63,809 nt of DNA, filler included, from Octopus bimaculoides (GCF_001194135.2; 7 parts of 7 records of this genome joined end to end with filler, not necessarily neighbours in it); one strand, 5' to 3'; numbered from the whole stretch's first letter, positions 26,780 through 41,847 are shown. A program made the numbers and translations. Notes: a model not told the origin generated them from the letters alone.

Positions 26780-27620
26780 AGTATCAATATAGGCTAACAG
26801 TCATGAGTTACGGCATCGAACAGTCCCCAAATCACAAGTCTGTTTATTGTTCCTAACAAACACGCCAATTGCAAGTATTCTATGTGCTTCTGCATATTAA
26901 AATGTTGTGCCCACTCCTTGAGGCTTCTCATCGCTCCAAAGGTTCCAATGACAATTGGTTTGATATCACTTTTTTGCAAATCTACAATCCGCTTATCATT
27001 TTCTCCAGGTTATGTTATGTATCTACTTGTTGATTTCTGTTCCTCTTATTCTTGTATCAATTATATTGCAAGTCTGTTCTTACTTCTGAAACACCAAGAT
27101 ATCTGATCTGTTCTAAATGCTTATATCCTTGACATTCTAAACTGTTCATTACCTGATTATTTGGTACTTTTAGTCTTTGATTCTTTTCCCTCCTTTTCAG
27201 TATAAAAACAGAACATTTTTAGACACTAAATTCCATGCATTTGTCATTGTTGAACATTCTGTTTTCACTTGCGTGCCGAGTTGATCTTTATTTTTCTCAT
27301 AAAGCTTAAAATCCTCAATGTATAGTAAGTGGTTAAGTACAACCTCTTTAATTTTCCCAAATCATATTCGGCTTTAACATCATCTCTGAGAATCAGCGAC
27401 AATTAATGTCAGCACAAAAAAAAAAGTTGTGAGACAATCTCCCACAAACGTTCCTTTTCTTTCCTGCAAATGTTAATTCTGTTTTCTAAGTTGTCATACC
27501 TCTTGTTAGGAATCTACGGAGATTCTCTGTCACTCCACATATATTCGTATATTTCTCTATCCAGCTATGAGGCACCATATCACAGGAATCTTTGTAATCC
27601 ATCCACATCAGTATTCATGG
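26780..27620 (-). mobile_element. R4/Dong-type (RLE-endonuclease) non-LTR retrotransposon fragment, internally deleted or decayed
   Basis: A degenerate GDxLS/HLLYxDDLK-like region lies near 27300-27450, and the C-terminus reads IKPIVIGTFGA.RSLKEW.....IEYLQLACLLGT. A (CAA)n(TAA)n tract follows at about 26575-26665. Confidence 0.65.
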
Positions 27621-27711
27621 TCCTGTTAATCTTTATCATCATCAACATCATCATCGTCGTCGTCGTCGTCGTCATCACCGTCACCATCAGTAGTAGTAGT
27701 AGTAGTAGTAG

Positions 27712-27915
27712 AAACATTTGCGCGTCGAACAAAATGTGTAACGGTATTTGACCAGATTTTTACGATCTGATTTCAAATTCCGCTTAAATCAACCTTACTT
27801 TTTATACCCTCGTAGCCAAAAAACAAAGTACCAATGATGTACTGGGCTCTCAATGTAATCGACTAACTCCTTCCCCTCCAAATTACTGGCCTTGTACTAA
27901 AATTTCTAAAAAGGT
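27712..27915 (+). mobile_element. SINE family B
   Basis: GCGTCGAACAAAATG...GGTATTTG...TTTCAAATTCCGC...CCAAATTACTGGCCTTGTAC. Confidence 0.65.
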
Positions 27916-30199
27916 GTTAGTAATAGCAGTAGCTAGCTTTGAATATTTCATGCGAGTTACTAGCCCTTCAAAAGATGTTTATTTCGTTTTCCTTGTGTTC
28001 ATATAAAACAGAGTGTGACAGAAAACCATTTCATATTTTATACGACCATTGATGTGATGTATTAAAGTTAAGCCCGGTTTAAAGGTATCTTCTTGTATGT
28101 AATGTTTTATGTCTTCTTTGCAGTTACCGAAATTTTTAGACTGTTGCACTGCATCCGTTTGTTGTAACAACATTTCTCAGCCTGTAAAATGTATAATGTT
28201 TATTTGCCACCCTGAGTATGTGTACCGTTTAATTCGTTTCTATTCATGTATTTGCTTATATTGATGCCCCTATTGTATTTATAGGTTTCCGCTCTTGGAT
28301 TCGTGTGTCATTTGTGAAGCTGTAACAGATTATGATTTAGCATTTCTTATATTTATTGTGAGATAATATGATATAGTTGTATTTGGATGAAAATATTTAG
28401 CTTCTGTTGAGCAAATTCTGTTATGTACTATAGTGTAAGTTAGTAATTTTTCATATGCTAACGCACACAAGGACTTCAAAGACAAACACACCACTTTCTA
28501 CATCAAATGGTATGTTTTTAATCAGCCGACTCCAAGCAGCAAATTTTTAAAGCATTTATGCGTGGTGCATCTCAGAGGAACTGGAAAAATATGCCAAACC
28601 TCAAATATTTTAAATAGAGATTTCCAAATTACTATCATTGTTTTAAAAACAAACATTCGTTTTAACTAAAGAACAATAAAGCATCACATGGCTGATTATT
28701 TAATTACAATAATTATACTTGTTGTACGAGTAAACACAATGGAATTACTCTTCCTTCTCTATCCTTTGTTTTATTCATTTTAAATACATAAATTTCCATA
28801 AATCTTCATAAACTTTACTAATTAAATTATATCATCACGTAATATTTTAGAATTATCTATTACATTCCTACTCCATAACATATTCAAGTTATAGTTTTAT
28901 ACTTCACTTCATTCTTCATCTTATCCTTCAAATTTCCTCTCACGCATTTTACTGCTACTAGGTAAACAACCTTAAAAGCCCAATCTAAAAAAACTTACTA
29001 TACTCGAAAATAGGTTTTTACTACCCCCATTCGATGTGATCTCATTTGCCAATTACATGCATTATTCATCTAGAGACTTCTTAATTCTATCGACATTTTA
29101 AACTTTAATTTTCCTAAATTACTATTTGTTCCGTCATTTCTAATAGTGAACCAAATTCATCCATACAAGTTGTTCTCTTTTTATTCATAATATTATTGTA
29201 TTGTTTTATTTTTAGTTATTGATTTCCTAATATTTTCAATTTTTAAAACTATTTTGCTTCTACCATTTACAGTTTCACTGTCAAACACCTTACTTAACAA
29301 GGTGTATTGCAGAAGTTATCTTTCTTTCTATCAATTCTTAACCATTCAAATTGCACGTTTATTTCAATATGCGTTTTCTTTCCAAAGAAGCCCATTTGTT
29401 ATTCATATAGACATCGATCCAAGTGTTAAGACACTACCGCTTCAGAAGTATGGAAAGTCAAAGTTGTACTGGAGAAATTTCAACTTCTAAAAGAGTTTTA
29501 TATTCCACTATTACTTATTGTATAAGTTAATGTGTTCTTAGACAACTTGTCAATTATTAATGACGAAATTACGAACTATATTTTAAAGTAAATACATATA
29601 TGCTTCATGTTGTGTAAGATCATATGCAGTAGTTTTAAGAAAGAAGGGTTATATGTAACACATCATAGAATAGTTTGATGTTCTTCTCCTACATTGCTTT
29701 GATTTATGCATTACCAAAGTTCAGTAGTTTCATCTGTCGAATTTTCCCAAAATATATGTCCTTAGCAAACACGGATGACTTCTAATAGTTTATACACATT
29801 TTGAAGCCTGTATGTATAATCCAAGCCACAGATACCCTTTTGCAAATACTACGAACACAGTACAATTTTAGCTACTTCTTTGCGTAACTAAATGACTTTG
29901 TGTTCGGTACCAGTATCTAGTATGTTGGAAACGGTTTCTCCCTTATATCCTCATGATCTCGGGACAGTCAGACCCTTATGACTTGAATGTAAAATGGAAA
30001 TTGTGCGGAATACTGTAATACAGACGCACACAGCCACAGAGAGATGTATATATTTACCGGGTTCGACATATCCATTTACCATCATTTACACGTAATTAGT
30101 TCTACAAAACTTTTGAACTGTATGTCATTTTCCTTATCCCATTTGTATGAAGCATTCAGGTCGTTTTGCCGGTTTGATATATCATTAATGTCCTTAACC

Positions 30200-31660
30200 A
30201 CGTGTGGTTCTATTATTAGTATATGTGGTTAAAGTGGCTGCCTGTACGAGTGTGGTCATGTCTGAGTGAGCTACCACAAACAGTAGTGGTTATAGTAAAG
30301 TTCCACGAGGGACTTCTCTGAGAATTGATGTCCTCCCAGAATGAGGGCACAATTGGCTGAAATTGGCTGGTTTTTGCCTTTAAATGTCTCCTAGTTTCTC
30401 ATCGATACCAAGGTTACGCAGTTTGTGACACACCATCTCATGATCAACTTTTCAAAGTCAAAATATATCACACTCACATTTCAGTGCTTCAGCTACTGTT
30501 TCAGTACCCAGTCATCATGTTGTAGTAGCTGTGTGAGGCAGCTTCTCTCCGGATGGCAGCCAAGATTTGTGTTAGTAAGCAAGTTATTTTCTTCCAGGAA
30601 TGTGCTCAACTTTCTTGTTTCAGTTCTTTCTATTATCCTGCTAGCATGTAAAGTCAGAGACACACCTGTAAATTTTAGCACCTGTTCTGTTTTCTCCTTT
30701 ATAGGCAGGACATATTATATCTTATGTTAACTGTTGGGGAAGTTTACCACATGCAAGTAAACTGTGAAAAGTTATCTGTAGTGGTTTTGCGAGAGCTTTC
30801 TTGCTAGTCTTTAAAGAACAGCTGGAAATCCATCTGGGCTGATTACTAAGTTCGAGTTTATCTCACTAATCGCCGATATTATATCTTCCTCTTATATGCC
30901 ACCGTTTTCCCAGATAGACATTGGGTATGGAAAAAGATCATCAGGCGTGTTTATTTGAGTTCCACAACGGAGAGGTGAAGGCTGTTTTTAATTGCTTATT
31001 TAGCACTTCCTTTCGTCTACTGGCGTCTGCCGTTAGTGCACCGACTGCTTCAAAGTGGCCGTATCTTGTAGTGCGAAGAGGCAGATTTATTTGAAAATAT
31101 GTAGCAGACTTTAGCATTCATTTTTATATTTTCCACTGGCCTTGTTTCTTTTTCTCCCTTTTCTTTTTCATGGCAAAATATGAGTTTATTTTCGATTTTC
31201 AAGAATGCCATTTTGAGAAAGGATTTCTTGCGGGACATTTAATCTCCGTGTCAAAAGAACTCGCGTGTCTTAAAGAACTGTATGAAATAGTTCTCTTCTC
31301 ATGGACGAATTTAACGCACATGGCTCGCATTATTGGCTTCAGTTACTCAATTTCATATCAATGTCTTTTGCTGAAGTGTCTGGTTTTTCAATCGATCCAG
31401 CCAGCATTGCAGAGGTCCAGGCTGGATATAGTTTAAGTGTCATGTGGAGTACATCTTTTATAAGTCTTGGACCAGTTCTATCATATTTCAGTCTGAGAAG
31501 GCTGCCGTTGATATATTCACATTGTGGATACGTTTCACGTTGTTGGTGAAGCAGAGGTCTAAGATGTTACTTTCTGATTGGAGATGGTATCGTTTATTCC
31601 ATGAAAAGCAATTCGATGCTATTGTCAGCTATTTTCTACAAGTAAAATACTCTACAACCA
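30200..31660 (-). mobile_element. CR1/L2-type LINE fragment (endonuclease-RT linker and RT N-terminal part), heavily decayed
   Basis: Peptides GVSLTLHASRIIER..RKLSTFLEENNLL...PERSCLTQLLQH.DWVLKQ and VIYFDFEKVDHEMVCHKLRNLGI...EVPRGTLL.PLLF correspond to RT domains 1-4. Confidence 0.85.
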
Positions 31661-32146
31661 TGTATTGAGTGAACATTCAATTCACTACACACATGGTTAT
31701 ATAATCTCGCATCAAAACAGATATGAATATACACAGATCCACACACACATAGATAGCATATATATGCATAAATACTTGCATACATGTATGTATGCATATG
31801 TGTGTGTGTGCGTGTGTGCCCGCGCGTGCAGTGACTCATCTATTCTGCCTCTCCAGTACAGAATTTGAATAATGTAACGGTGACATTAGTGACATGCCTT
31901 ATATTTAAGAGCAACTCTAAGGTTATTGTTTAACACACACACACACACATATATATGTATGTTTGTATATATGTGTATATATATATATATATGTGTGTGT
32001 GTACGTATGTATATGTGTATATGTATGTAGGTATGTCTATATGCATATATGCATGTATATATATNNNNNNNNNNNNNNNNNNNNNNNNNNNNNNNNNNNN
32101 NNNNNNNNNNNNNNNNNNNNNNNNNNNNNNNNNNNNNNNNNNNNNN

Positions 32147-32189
<43 letters not shown>

Positions 32190-32597
32190 GTATATGTATA
32201 CACCCATATAGATGCACACACGCAATCATATATATATATACATATATACGTATGGGGCAGATGTATGCGTATATTCATATCTTCTTTGGCAGTTTGTAGC
32301 ATAACATATCTAGGGAGAATCATAACATTTAATTGATGCTCATTCCCAATAATGTACCTAGACTAGTCTTTCTAGTTGCTGTCGAGAAAACAAATATATT
32401 TAACCTGGCAGATTAAATCCCAGTTCAGTTATATAAATCATCTTTCCGATCGCATCACCGCTTTAAACATTACACACAGGCTCATCATTTTTCTGCTTTG
32501 CTAATGTAATATGACCGATCAGATTGACGTGAGTTTTTACTGCGATTGGAGACATTGCTATCTCAGAGACACATATGCAAACACATAGATGCTTATA

Positions 32598-32651
<54 letters not shown>

Positions 32652-33299
32652 TGTGTGTGCGTACATGCTTGTGCGTGCGTGTACATATTTACGCGTGTGT
32701 ATGGGAGTGCGTCGGTCTCCTTCTAGGTGTTTATATGCACATTAACATGCATACGATTATGTATTTAGACAGATAACGTTTAGTTAATATAGAGTAAGTT
32801 ATATTTTGAAACAAAAATAAAATATGTTTATGTTTAACGATGTTTTCAAATGAATGACAATCAGTATTGGCTTTTCATTTTTGAAAGAAGATTTAATTAT
32901 ACATATTTTATAATCTAGCCATTAAGACAGTTGCATCGACACTACAAATATATGGGAATTTGCATACTGTTAAACACAACTATGTGTGTATGTGTAATAG
33001 TTTGCCTGATTGTTCAAAAGGAATACTCGATTCATAGAATAAAATAGACATTATTTAACTAGTCATATATTAGAGTGACTTATCTTACATTATTGTTGAT
33101 AATGGCACAGAGTTAATGCTTCTGCAGTTGGTAACAGTACAGCCTTTTAGCAAAAATACACACATATATTATACACTCGTACACACAAACAAATATATAA
33201 ATGTTTGGGGTTGTTGCTTATACATGTATATATGGAGACATACATACATACATACATACATAAATATATATATATATATATTTATCATACTTTAATAGC

Positions 33300-34839
33300 A
33301 TAGAATGGAAAAACCTAAGAGACTTACAACAGGACAAAAGCCTTACTATCAAAGAAGCTGACAAAGGTAGTACTATAGTCCTAATGAACACAGATTTTTA
33401 CAAACACCTAGCACTCTCCTTACTAAACGACAACTCCTTCTATGAAATTATCACCAACTATAAACAACAAAAAACTCTCAAAAACCTCACCACCCTTATA
33501 CTCCAGCAAGGTCAAGGACTCACGGACAAAGAAAAGGATTACATCACTAATTTCAAANNNNNNNNNNNCCCAGCCTCTTCTATGGCCTCCCTAAAATCCA
33601 TAAGAACAAATCCATCACCGAAGCTTGCAAACTCTCCTCTGAAATCTACATCAACATCAAGGCACCGGAAGATTTAAAACTAAGACCCATTATAGCAGGC
33701 ACCTCCTGAGAAACACATCGCTTAAGCAATTTCTTGGACATTCTTTTGAAGCCTTTCCTAAGTCACATCAAAAGTTTCATTAGAGATGATCTTGACATGC
33801 TCAATCACCTCCCGAAAACAACAAACGAGGAGTTACTCTTGGTTTCTTTTGACGTGGTCAACCTTTATACAAATATCCATCATGAATCTGCTATTGAGGC
33901 AATTAAATTCTGGCTGCACAAACACCCAGAAACATTTCCTAATCGTATCAACACATCCTTCATTATAGAATCTCTTAAGTTCATTCTGACCAACAATTAC
34001 TTCCTGTTTGCAGACACATACTTTCGCCAAAAATGTGGTATCGCGAAGGGTACTAAAGCTGCACCAGTCCTTGCGAACCTCATAATGTTTTTTTTTAATT
34101 AACACTATATGAAATTTCACGCCAGAAATTTGGACCCCTTTTCCACATCTATTTAATGGATAACTGGAAAAGATACTTGGATGATTGTTTCATCATATGG
34201 AAGGAACCCTATGAAAAACTTCTAGAATTCAAATCCATACTTAACAACATACATCCTAGCATTCAATTCACTATGGAATTCAGCAAACATCATCTCCCTT
34301 TTCTTAATCTCTTAATTTTAAAAATAGCTAATAACCAAATCACAACCGACATCTACCACAAACCTACAGACTCACAACAATACCTCCTTTTTAGCTCATG
34401 CCACCCAAAACACACCAAGATAAATATCCCCTTTAATTTAGCTAAAAGAATTTGCACCATTGTCTCTGACCCAACCACTCGAGAAATACGCTTACAAGAT
34501 CTCAAAAAAAACACTGTTACAACGCCAATATCCCTCCACACTCATAGATCTTGGAATAATACGTGCCAAGGAACTTGACAAAAACACACTAAAAAACAAC
34601 CAACATAATAACACACCCAACCCCAAAATACTTCCATACATCTCCACCCACAACTATCAAAACATCGAAGCATACACCACAATCAAACAAACCCTCCCCT
34701 TATTCACCACAGACCCGAAAATGAACAATATCATCAATACACACAAAGTCCTTAAATGCAAAAGGCAACACAAATCTTTGAAAACGCTATTAACCAATGC
34801 CAAATTACATACACCACTTCCACCCCCATCAGTTAAAAA
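33300..34839 (+). mobile_element. Penelope-like retroelement, reverse transcriptase region, degenerate (stops, frameshifts)
   Basis: Peptides across frames include KEADKGSTIV, FYGLPKIHK, LRPIIAG, LVSFDVVNLYTNI, YFRQKCGIAKGTKAAPVLANL, WKRYLDDCFIIW, LPFLNL and TDIYHKPTDSQQYL, all typical of PLE RT. The element ends at a gap. Confidence 0.93.
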
Positions 34840-34939
34840 NNNNNNNNNNNNNNNNNNNNNNNNNNNNNNNNNNNNNNNNNNNNTTAATTAATTAANNNNN
34901 NNNNNNNNNNNNNNNNNNNNNNNNNNNNNNNNNNNNNNN

Positions 34940-34990
<51 letters not shown>

Positions 34991-37026
34991 TGTATACATA
35001 TACATGTATATACATAAATATATATGTGTTGCATGCATATATTTGTTATGATGTACATCCAATCGAGATCCTTTGTGTCCTTAAATAATAATGAGTTCAT
35101 CCCTATTTCAGATTATTTTATATGCAAATACTGTGTTTAGTACTTCGTCATTCATGCGGATTAGTATATATAAGATGTACTACCGCAGTTAATTGTCTCA
35201 TTGCATTACCTATATTCCGTATCAGCTGATAAGTTTTTAATTAGTATTTGACATCTTTTGATCGTTTATTGAATGAATTCCAATCATTCCTAGTTGAGAT
35301 ACTACGTAATTCAACACTACATACTAGGATTTTATAACGTCTGCAGTTAATTGCCTTTTACAATAGCTTTGATATCTGTGTTTATAGAATGAAACAATTT
35401 CATTGTATTTGAATTATTTCGAATATGAACACCAAATACTCAGCGGGTAATGAGAACGGGTGTTAAATGGGTGCGAAACATACTTAAATAACAGCCAAAC
35501 CTTCTTTAATCTGTATCGCTACAAAGTGAAGCGTTACGGAAAATGGTTGCGCTATTATTAAAGGAAGTTTTTTTTTTTTTTTTAATCTCAACGTGTTCTT
35601 ACAGAGTTCATCTGGGAAGAAATAGCACAGATAAAAATTGCAACACATTTCATTGTCTAGCAACCTTCAAGGGACGGGAATATAATCACAATTCATTGGG
35701 ATCTATATGGAAATTTGTGTTTATCCTCAGAAGATTTTATATAAACTTATGTATTCATTATGAAACTGCAATATATCCTACTAAATTTGCATAATGTATA
35801 TATGAAAGCAATAGTATATACTTCATCTTAAGCTATTGTCTAACGGCCATTGTTTCAAATAACATTCGCACAACTCATGCATTTATTGAGTGCATTCTAA
35901 TGTCGTACATATATTAATTTTGCAACATACCACTGCTCTTCTTCTTACCGCTCCACATGTTATATTTGGACTCAAATTTACTTATAATTCCACGGAAATG
36001 TTCGTTAATTAGCTTCACTACTTTTCATATATCGAAGCAAGCGCTTATATAGATTCAGACAGCCTGCAATGGAATTGGAGTTATTTTCAAACTTCTTAGT
36101 TCAAAACATCATTATATGATGTTACTTTCCTCTCAGCCCATTTCTATGATCAAAGATGTTACTGCTGTATCCATCTCAAATTATATATACATACTCCAGA
36201 CATCGAGCGGTATTTGTGTGAGATTTTGCTCTCTTTACGAGCGATCTCATAGACGGCTGATCCGTTTGATCATTCAAGGTGTTTTATTACTATGCTTTAC
36301 TAGAAGGCATAATGAGGGATTTAACGAGAGGACGAAGAGTGCATTGGTGAAAGATAACATCATTCGTTATGCTAGTCTGACATTGTCACATGCTTAATTG
36401 GTTGGCTCTCAGCAATATATTGCATACTTGACGTTTACAGTTTATGTTATTTTCTATATACGATCATTGCTAGCTGCAGTTTTCTTACAGGCTGAAATAG
36501 ATTAATGATATTGAAACAGTTAAAAAAAGTATATCACTAGGAAATCGAAATTATATTAATCTCTATGGATAACCCGGTTATATAACCTGGTTCTGTATAT
36601 TTCTTCTTGAAGCTATAAAGTTCAGCGATATCTTATGAAATCGTCTGGAATGATATTGCGCTATAAAAGTAAGCGTACCGAGTAAGTTTAAGTTAATCAA
36701 GCTTTCGAATAAGGACAAATTACTTCCAGTCCCCAGCAAAAATATACGGGATGATCAGGCCAAATTTGAAAGTCTGATACATCTCATACAATTTTACTAC
36801 AGTTCGGAGGCTGTATTAGGTGGCTATGTTTTCGCAAAGGCGGATACCTCGTTTTTTTCTCTTTCTCTCACTTTTCACTTTTTTCTCTGTCATGTCTTTA
36901 TTTTCAAGAACCTATCTCAATATTTAGTCCCAGTGCGAAGCTGATTGGATATCATAGGAATGACGAAAGAATTTTCTGTGAATTTAGTAGAACCTTCGTA
37001 GAAGCCTGTCACATGCCAATTCCCTC

Positions 37027-37093
<67 letters not shown>

Positions 37094-38189
37094 GCATTTT
37101 GCAATGAAGAATGCTGAAATTTTCGACACCAAAAACATGTAGTGTAGCAGCTGAGATTAGAGTGAATTCCTAACATTGTTGTTTTTTTATGGTAAGAAAG
37201 ACCATAGCCTAGTCGACTGGCACAATCTTTCTATTTTCACTTAGATGTGAGTAGATACTTTCCATTAAAATAGATAGCTTCTATGAATGTTTATAGGTAC
37301 ACAATTTCAGGGAATGAATTCTGGTGTAGACTTCCCACAAGATCAAGTAAATCTACGACCGAAATATTTCCTTTAGCGGTAGATATGGCAACAGAAATGT
37401 GTAAGAGATCTAGTGACGCAGTCTTCACTTGCAAGACATTTATGCCATATAATTTCCTTGTACCAACATTCGGTCTACAAATACAACGTAGATTTTTAAA
37501 AAAATCTTGTTACATGGTTGCTTTCAATGTAAAAGGCAATCGTTCGTGTTCGTCTAAGTTCAATTTTAGTCGATATTTTGCTGTTTAAGAAATAACACAT
37601 ATGCGAAGAACAATTATAAAACGATAGATATTTCCGCTATAAAAATTGGTCATGAGTCCATAAAAAAGAAAATAATGCTACCAGACGTTTAAACAAAGAA
37701 ATTCATGAACGATGATTTTCGATATTATCCTGACATTTCTTATATTTCCGTGTGACCTTTCTATCGTGAATATTTCCTTTTCAATCTTGTCAGTGAATTC
37801 GTATAAATACCATCAATTAGAAATTTTATTTTATTTGTTCAATTTTCTTTTGAAATTCAAATTCAGTTCATCAAACTGTCTAACTGATATTAGTTGATTA
37901 TTGAACTATTTATATATTTTTTTGTGGCGCCAATCTTATTTCTCATATATGAACATATACATACACGTGTGCAACTACACATGTATAGGTACACACGCTC
38001 GTGAAGAAAATTTGCTCAAATCACCATTGGAAATGCATAAAATATTCCCCCGTACATGCACTTAAAAAAACCCCAGAAAAACACATACATATTAGTATAT
38101 TACAAGTGTATAGAAGCACGTATTCACGAGCTGGGGCAAAAAAAAAAAAACAACTAAATCAATTTTCATTTCTATTGTTTCTGATTTCA

Positions 38190-38410
38190 CAAGCCAGCGT
38201 GCTGGCAGAAACGTTAGCAAGCGCGGCGAAATACTTAACGGTGTTTCGTCTGTCTTTACGTTTTGAGTTCAAATTCCGCTAAGGTTGACATTGCCTTAGA
38301 TCCTGTCAGGGTCCATAAAGCAAGTAACATTTGCGTACGGGTGTCGATCTAATCGACTGGACCCTACCTCCCAAAATGTTTGGCCTTGTCCTTAGAGTAG
38401 AAAAGATTAT
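38190..38410 (+). mobile_element. SINE family B
   Basis: GCTGGCAGAAACGTTAGCAAGCGCGGCGAAATACTTAACGGTGTTTCGTCTGTCTTTACGTTTTGAGTTCAAATTCCGC...GTAGAAAAGATTAT. Confidence 0.82.
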
Positions 38411-40169
38411 TTCTGAATTCACTCATACGAATACGAGTTGAATTTTAAAAGCAATTCAAATTAATGATGTTTTCTAAACAATCGAAAATCCATTCTCAGG
38501 CACAATAAACTGGAGATGTCACTAAGGAAGTATTTGCTGATTTTTGTGCGATTATTTGCTTTTGTGTGTTTGAGGGTTTGTGTGTGCGTGATTGTGTGTG
38601 TAAGTGTTTCTCTGTGTGTGTGTGTGTATTATCTGAATTTGTGAGTGAGCGTTTATAGTGATGTAGGATGTTCAGCATTTAATACAGTAACATATATGAG
38701 GTCGTTATGCTCAGTAGACACGTGAGCAATTCCGGTTGGTTTTGACAGTTGTTTAGATTGGTTACATAAGGGAACGACAATGCGATTTTACAGCAATCGA
38801 GATATTAATACCAGGATATGGAAACAATAGTAATCGATTATGTGTACGGTCATTGTGAATGGATGATACTCCGGATATTTATTTCTGTACAAAACAAGCA
38901 GGAATTGACCTCATCTTCATTCTTCATAAATTGCAATATATCAATGCCTCTACCATATATATATATATATATATATATATANNNNNNNNNNNNNNNNNNN
39001 NNNNATATATCCATATCAGTGTGTGTGCACGCGAGTGTGTGTGTATGTATGCATACATTTTTATTCTTTTATACGTGTGTGTGTGCGCACCTATCTATCT
39101 ATCTACACTTGCATACATATTTCAAGCTTCACAGTGCAAAATGGTATCATTCTAATTTATTTAGCCTTCTTGCCTCATTTTGATGCTCTGTTCTTTCCTC
39201 TTCCCTCTTCCCTTTTTTTTATGTTATGTATTGCTATTCACTCTGAAGACGCTCCATGTACTCTTTCGAGTGTGCTATAAATATGACCAATATCATTTTC
39301 GGAATATTTCTTCTTTAGTCACCGACTAATATTGGTAGATGAAACGGCCGTAAACAATGTTAGGTTTTCTATTAAAAATCATGTTACCGATTTTGATCAA
39401 TTTGTTTGTAGTTGATCAAAAGTTTTCTTTTCCATTTTCTGCTTATTTCAAATTATATATATATATATATGTGTATGTATGTATGTATTGTGGGTGCGTC
39501 AACTGCTAGGAACAAGAGTTTACATACGCCTTCGCACCAAAATTGTACAGCTCGCCCACGCATATATACTCACACATCATATATACACCCATTCNNNNNN
39601 NNNNNNNNNNNNNNNNNNNNNNNNNNNNNNNNNNNNNNNNNNNNNNNNNNNNNNNNNNNNNNNNNNNNNNNNNNNNNNNNNNNNNNNNNNNNNNNNNNNN
39701 NNNNNNNNNNNNNNNNNNNNNNNNNNNNNNNNNNNNNNNNNNNNNNNNNNNNNNNNNNNNNNNNNNNNNNNNNNNNNNNNNNNNNNNNNNNNNNNNNNNN
39801 NNNNNNNNNNNNNNNNNNNNNNNNNNNNNNNNNNNNNNNNNNNNNNNNNNNNNNNNNNNNNNNNNNNNNNNNNNNNNNNNNNNNNNNNNNNNNNNNNNNN
39901 NNNNNNNNNNNNNNNNNNNNNNNNNNNNNNNNNNNNNNNNNNNNNNNNNNNNNNNNNNNNNNNNNNNNNNNNNNNNNNNNNNNNNNNNNNNNNNNNNNNN
40001 NNNNNNNNNNNNNNNNNNNNNNNNNNNNNNNNNNNNNNNNNNNNNNNNNNNNNNNNNNNNNNNNNNNNNNNNNNNNNNNNNNNNNNNNNNNNNNNNNNNN
40101 ATATATATATATATATATATTTTTACAAACAAAAACAAACAAAGAAGAAGACGGGTTTGTAAACAACAA

Positions 40170-40745
40170 ACATGCATTTAACGCTCGGGAAGTGAGAAAC
40201 ACTTTTACATTTGGAGCCCACGCTCTTCGTCAGAAAGGAATACAGAAATATACAGGGAACGAAAATAGAACAAGATATAGTGGCTAGGGATCTATCGTGG
40301 CGAATGTCAGACAGACAGGTCACACAGGGAAAGGGTGGAAGGGAGAAGTTGGGCAGGACTGAAGCGAGGAAGTACGTGCCGGAACAAGAGTGGATAGTTG
40401 GGTGGATAGTTGAGTGGAGAGTAGGAGGAAGGGAGGAGAGAAGAGGAGGGTTAGATGAATAGGGGAGGACAGTTGAGCCCATGTGACACAAAGGAGAGAA
40501 GGGAGAAGTTAATGTCTGTTCATGGGGAAGACGGGAGTCCGGATGGCATAGTGCAAAGACAATCTGAACACAGACAGGTTTTGTAAAGATTGATCGGTAG
40601 AGTAGAAATGGCGCGAGTCGGAGTGTCGTTGCCAAATCGGATGTCTCGGCGGTGTTCAGCGAACCGGTCACCCAAGGAGCAACCCGTTTGACTGATGTAT
40701 AGAGAAGGACAGAGAGACAGCAGGAGATGCTGCAATAACAGGTGA
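40170..40745 (-). mobile_element. Penelope-like GIY-YIG endonuclease fragment with 3' UTR
   Basis: The minus strand gives LYISQTGCSLGDRFAEHRRDIR.GNDTP and ...RLPHEQTL..., followed by a pyrimidine-rich UTR and a hammerhead-like motif. Confidence 0.78.
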
Positions 40746-40829
40746 AGTAGTCAGTGATATGATAGGGTCAATCATGTGTGCTTCTGAGGAGGGTGGTGTT
40801 GGAGAGCTAAGGGCAGAGAAAGAGATTGA

Positions 40830-41216
40830 GAATTATAAAGATATACATATACATATATAAATATATGAGTGTATATGTATATGGGTGTAGGTATACATGT
40901 GGAGACACGTGAGAGTGTATGTGTGTATGGAGACGTATGTGTATGTGTGTACATGTAAACATATATAAGCTTGTGTGTGTGTATGTGCATATGTATCGAT
41001 GTATATATGGAGGTATAGCTATATGTGTGTATGTACATATGTACGCATGTGTGTATGTGAGTATGTATGCGTATATATGTAAATGGGTGTGTGTGTGTAT
41101 CTGTGCGCGTTTATGTGGGTGCATGTGTATCTGTATGTGTGTATATGTATATGCATGCATATGTGAGTGTATATATGTGTTTGTGTGTATATGTGTTTGG
41201 GTGTATGGTTATACAN
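40830..41216. repeat. Imperfect (TG/TA) alternating array
   Basis: Directly visible. Confidence 0.9.
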
Positions 41217-41847
41217 NNNNNNNNNNNNNNNNNNNNNNNNNNNNNNNNNNNNNNNNNNNTTAATTAATTAANNNNNNNNNNNNNNNNNNNNNNNNNNNNN
41301 NNNNNNNNNNNNNNNTTCGAAGAATTAAGGCAGTACGCATCGTTAAAATGGTTCTTCCCACGAACAGAAATTAAATTGTTTTCGTGGAGGGTAGTGGCGG
41401 ACTGAAAACAAGACAGGAAAACGAAACGGTGAAATAAACAAACAAAAGGGCTGTACAGCCAGACGTGAAGTGTGTATGTCTCGAACTCTCCTTGTTCTTT
41501 TGCCACGTCATGTACCCAGTTATGTATCTATATGTACATGTGGATGAACGTATATACATACATGTACATATATATGCATACACTATATATATATATATAT
41601 ATATGTCGGTGAACGGTGTACTATACGTCAAGTGTCAAAATGATCACAGAGCGACTCGAGATGAAGTGTCTTGCTCAAGAACGCAACGCAATGGTTTAGG
41701 AATTGTAAGCGCAATCTTGCGACAAGTAGGCAACTGAGTGCATTGCATCGCATAGCAGAAATATCTGTAAGCTAATAAAGTGTGTGTGTATGTGTATGTG
41801 TGTGAGTGTGTTTGAGCGTGCTTGCATGTGCGTGTGTATACACACAC

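Noticed and set aside
27979-28181. Minus-strand acceptor plus ORF AEKMLLQQTDAVQQSKNF
   Set aside because: No similarity to P450 or any family I recognise.
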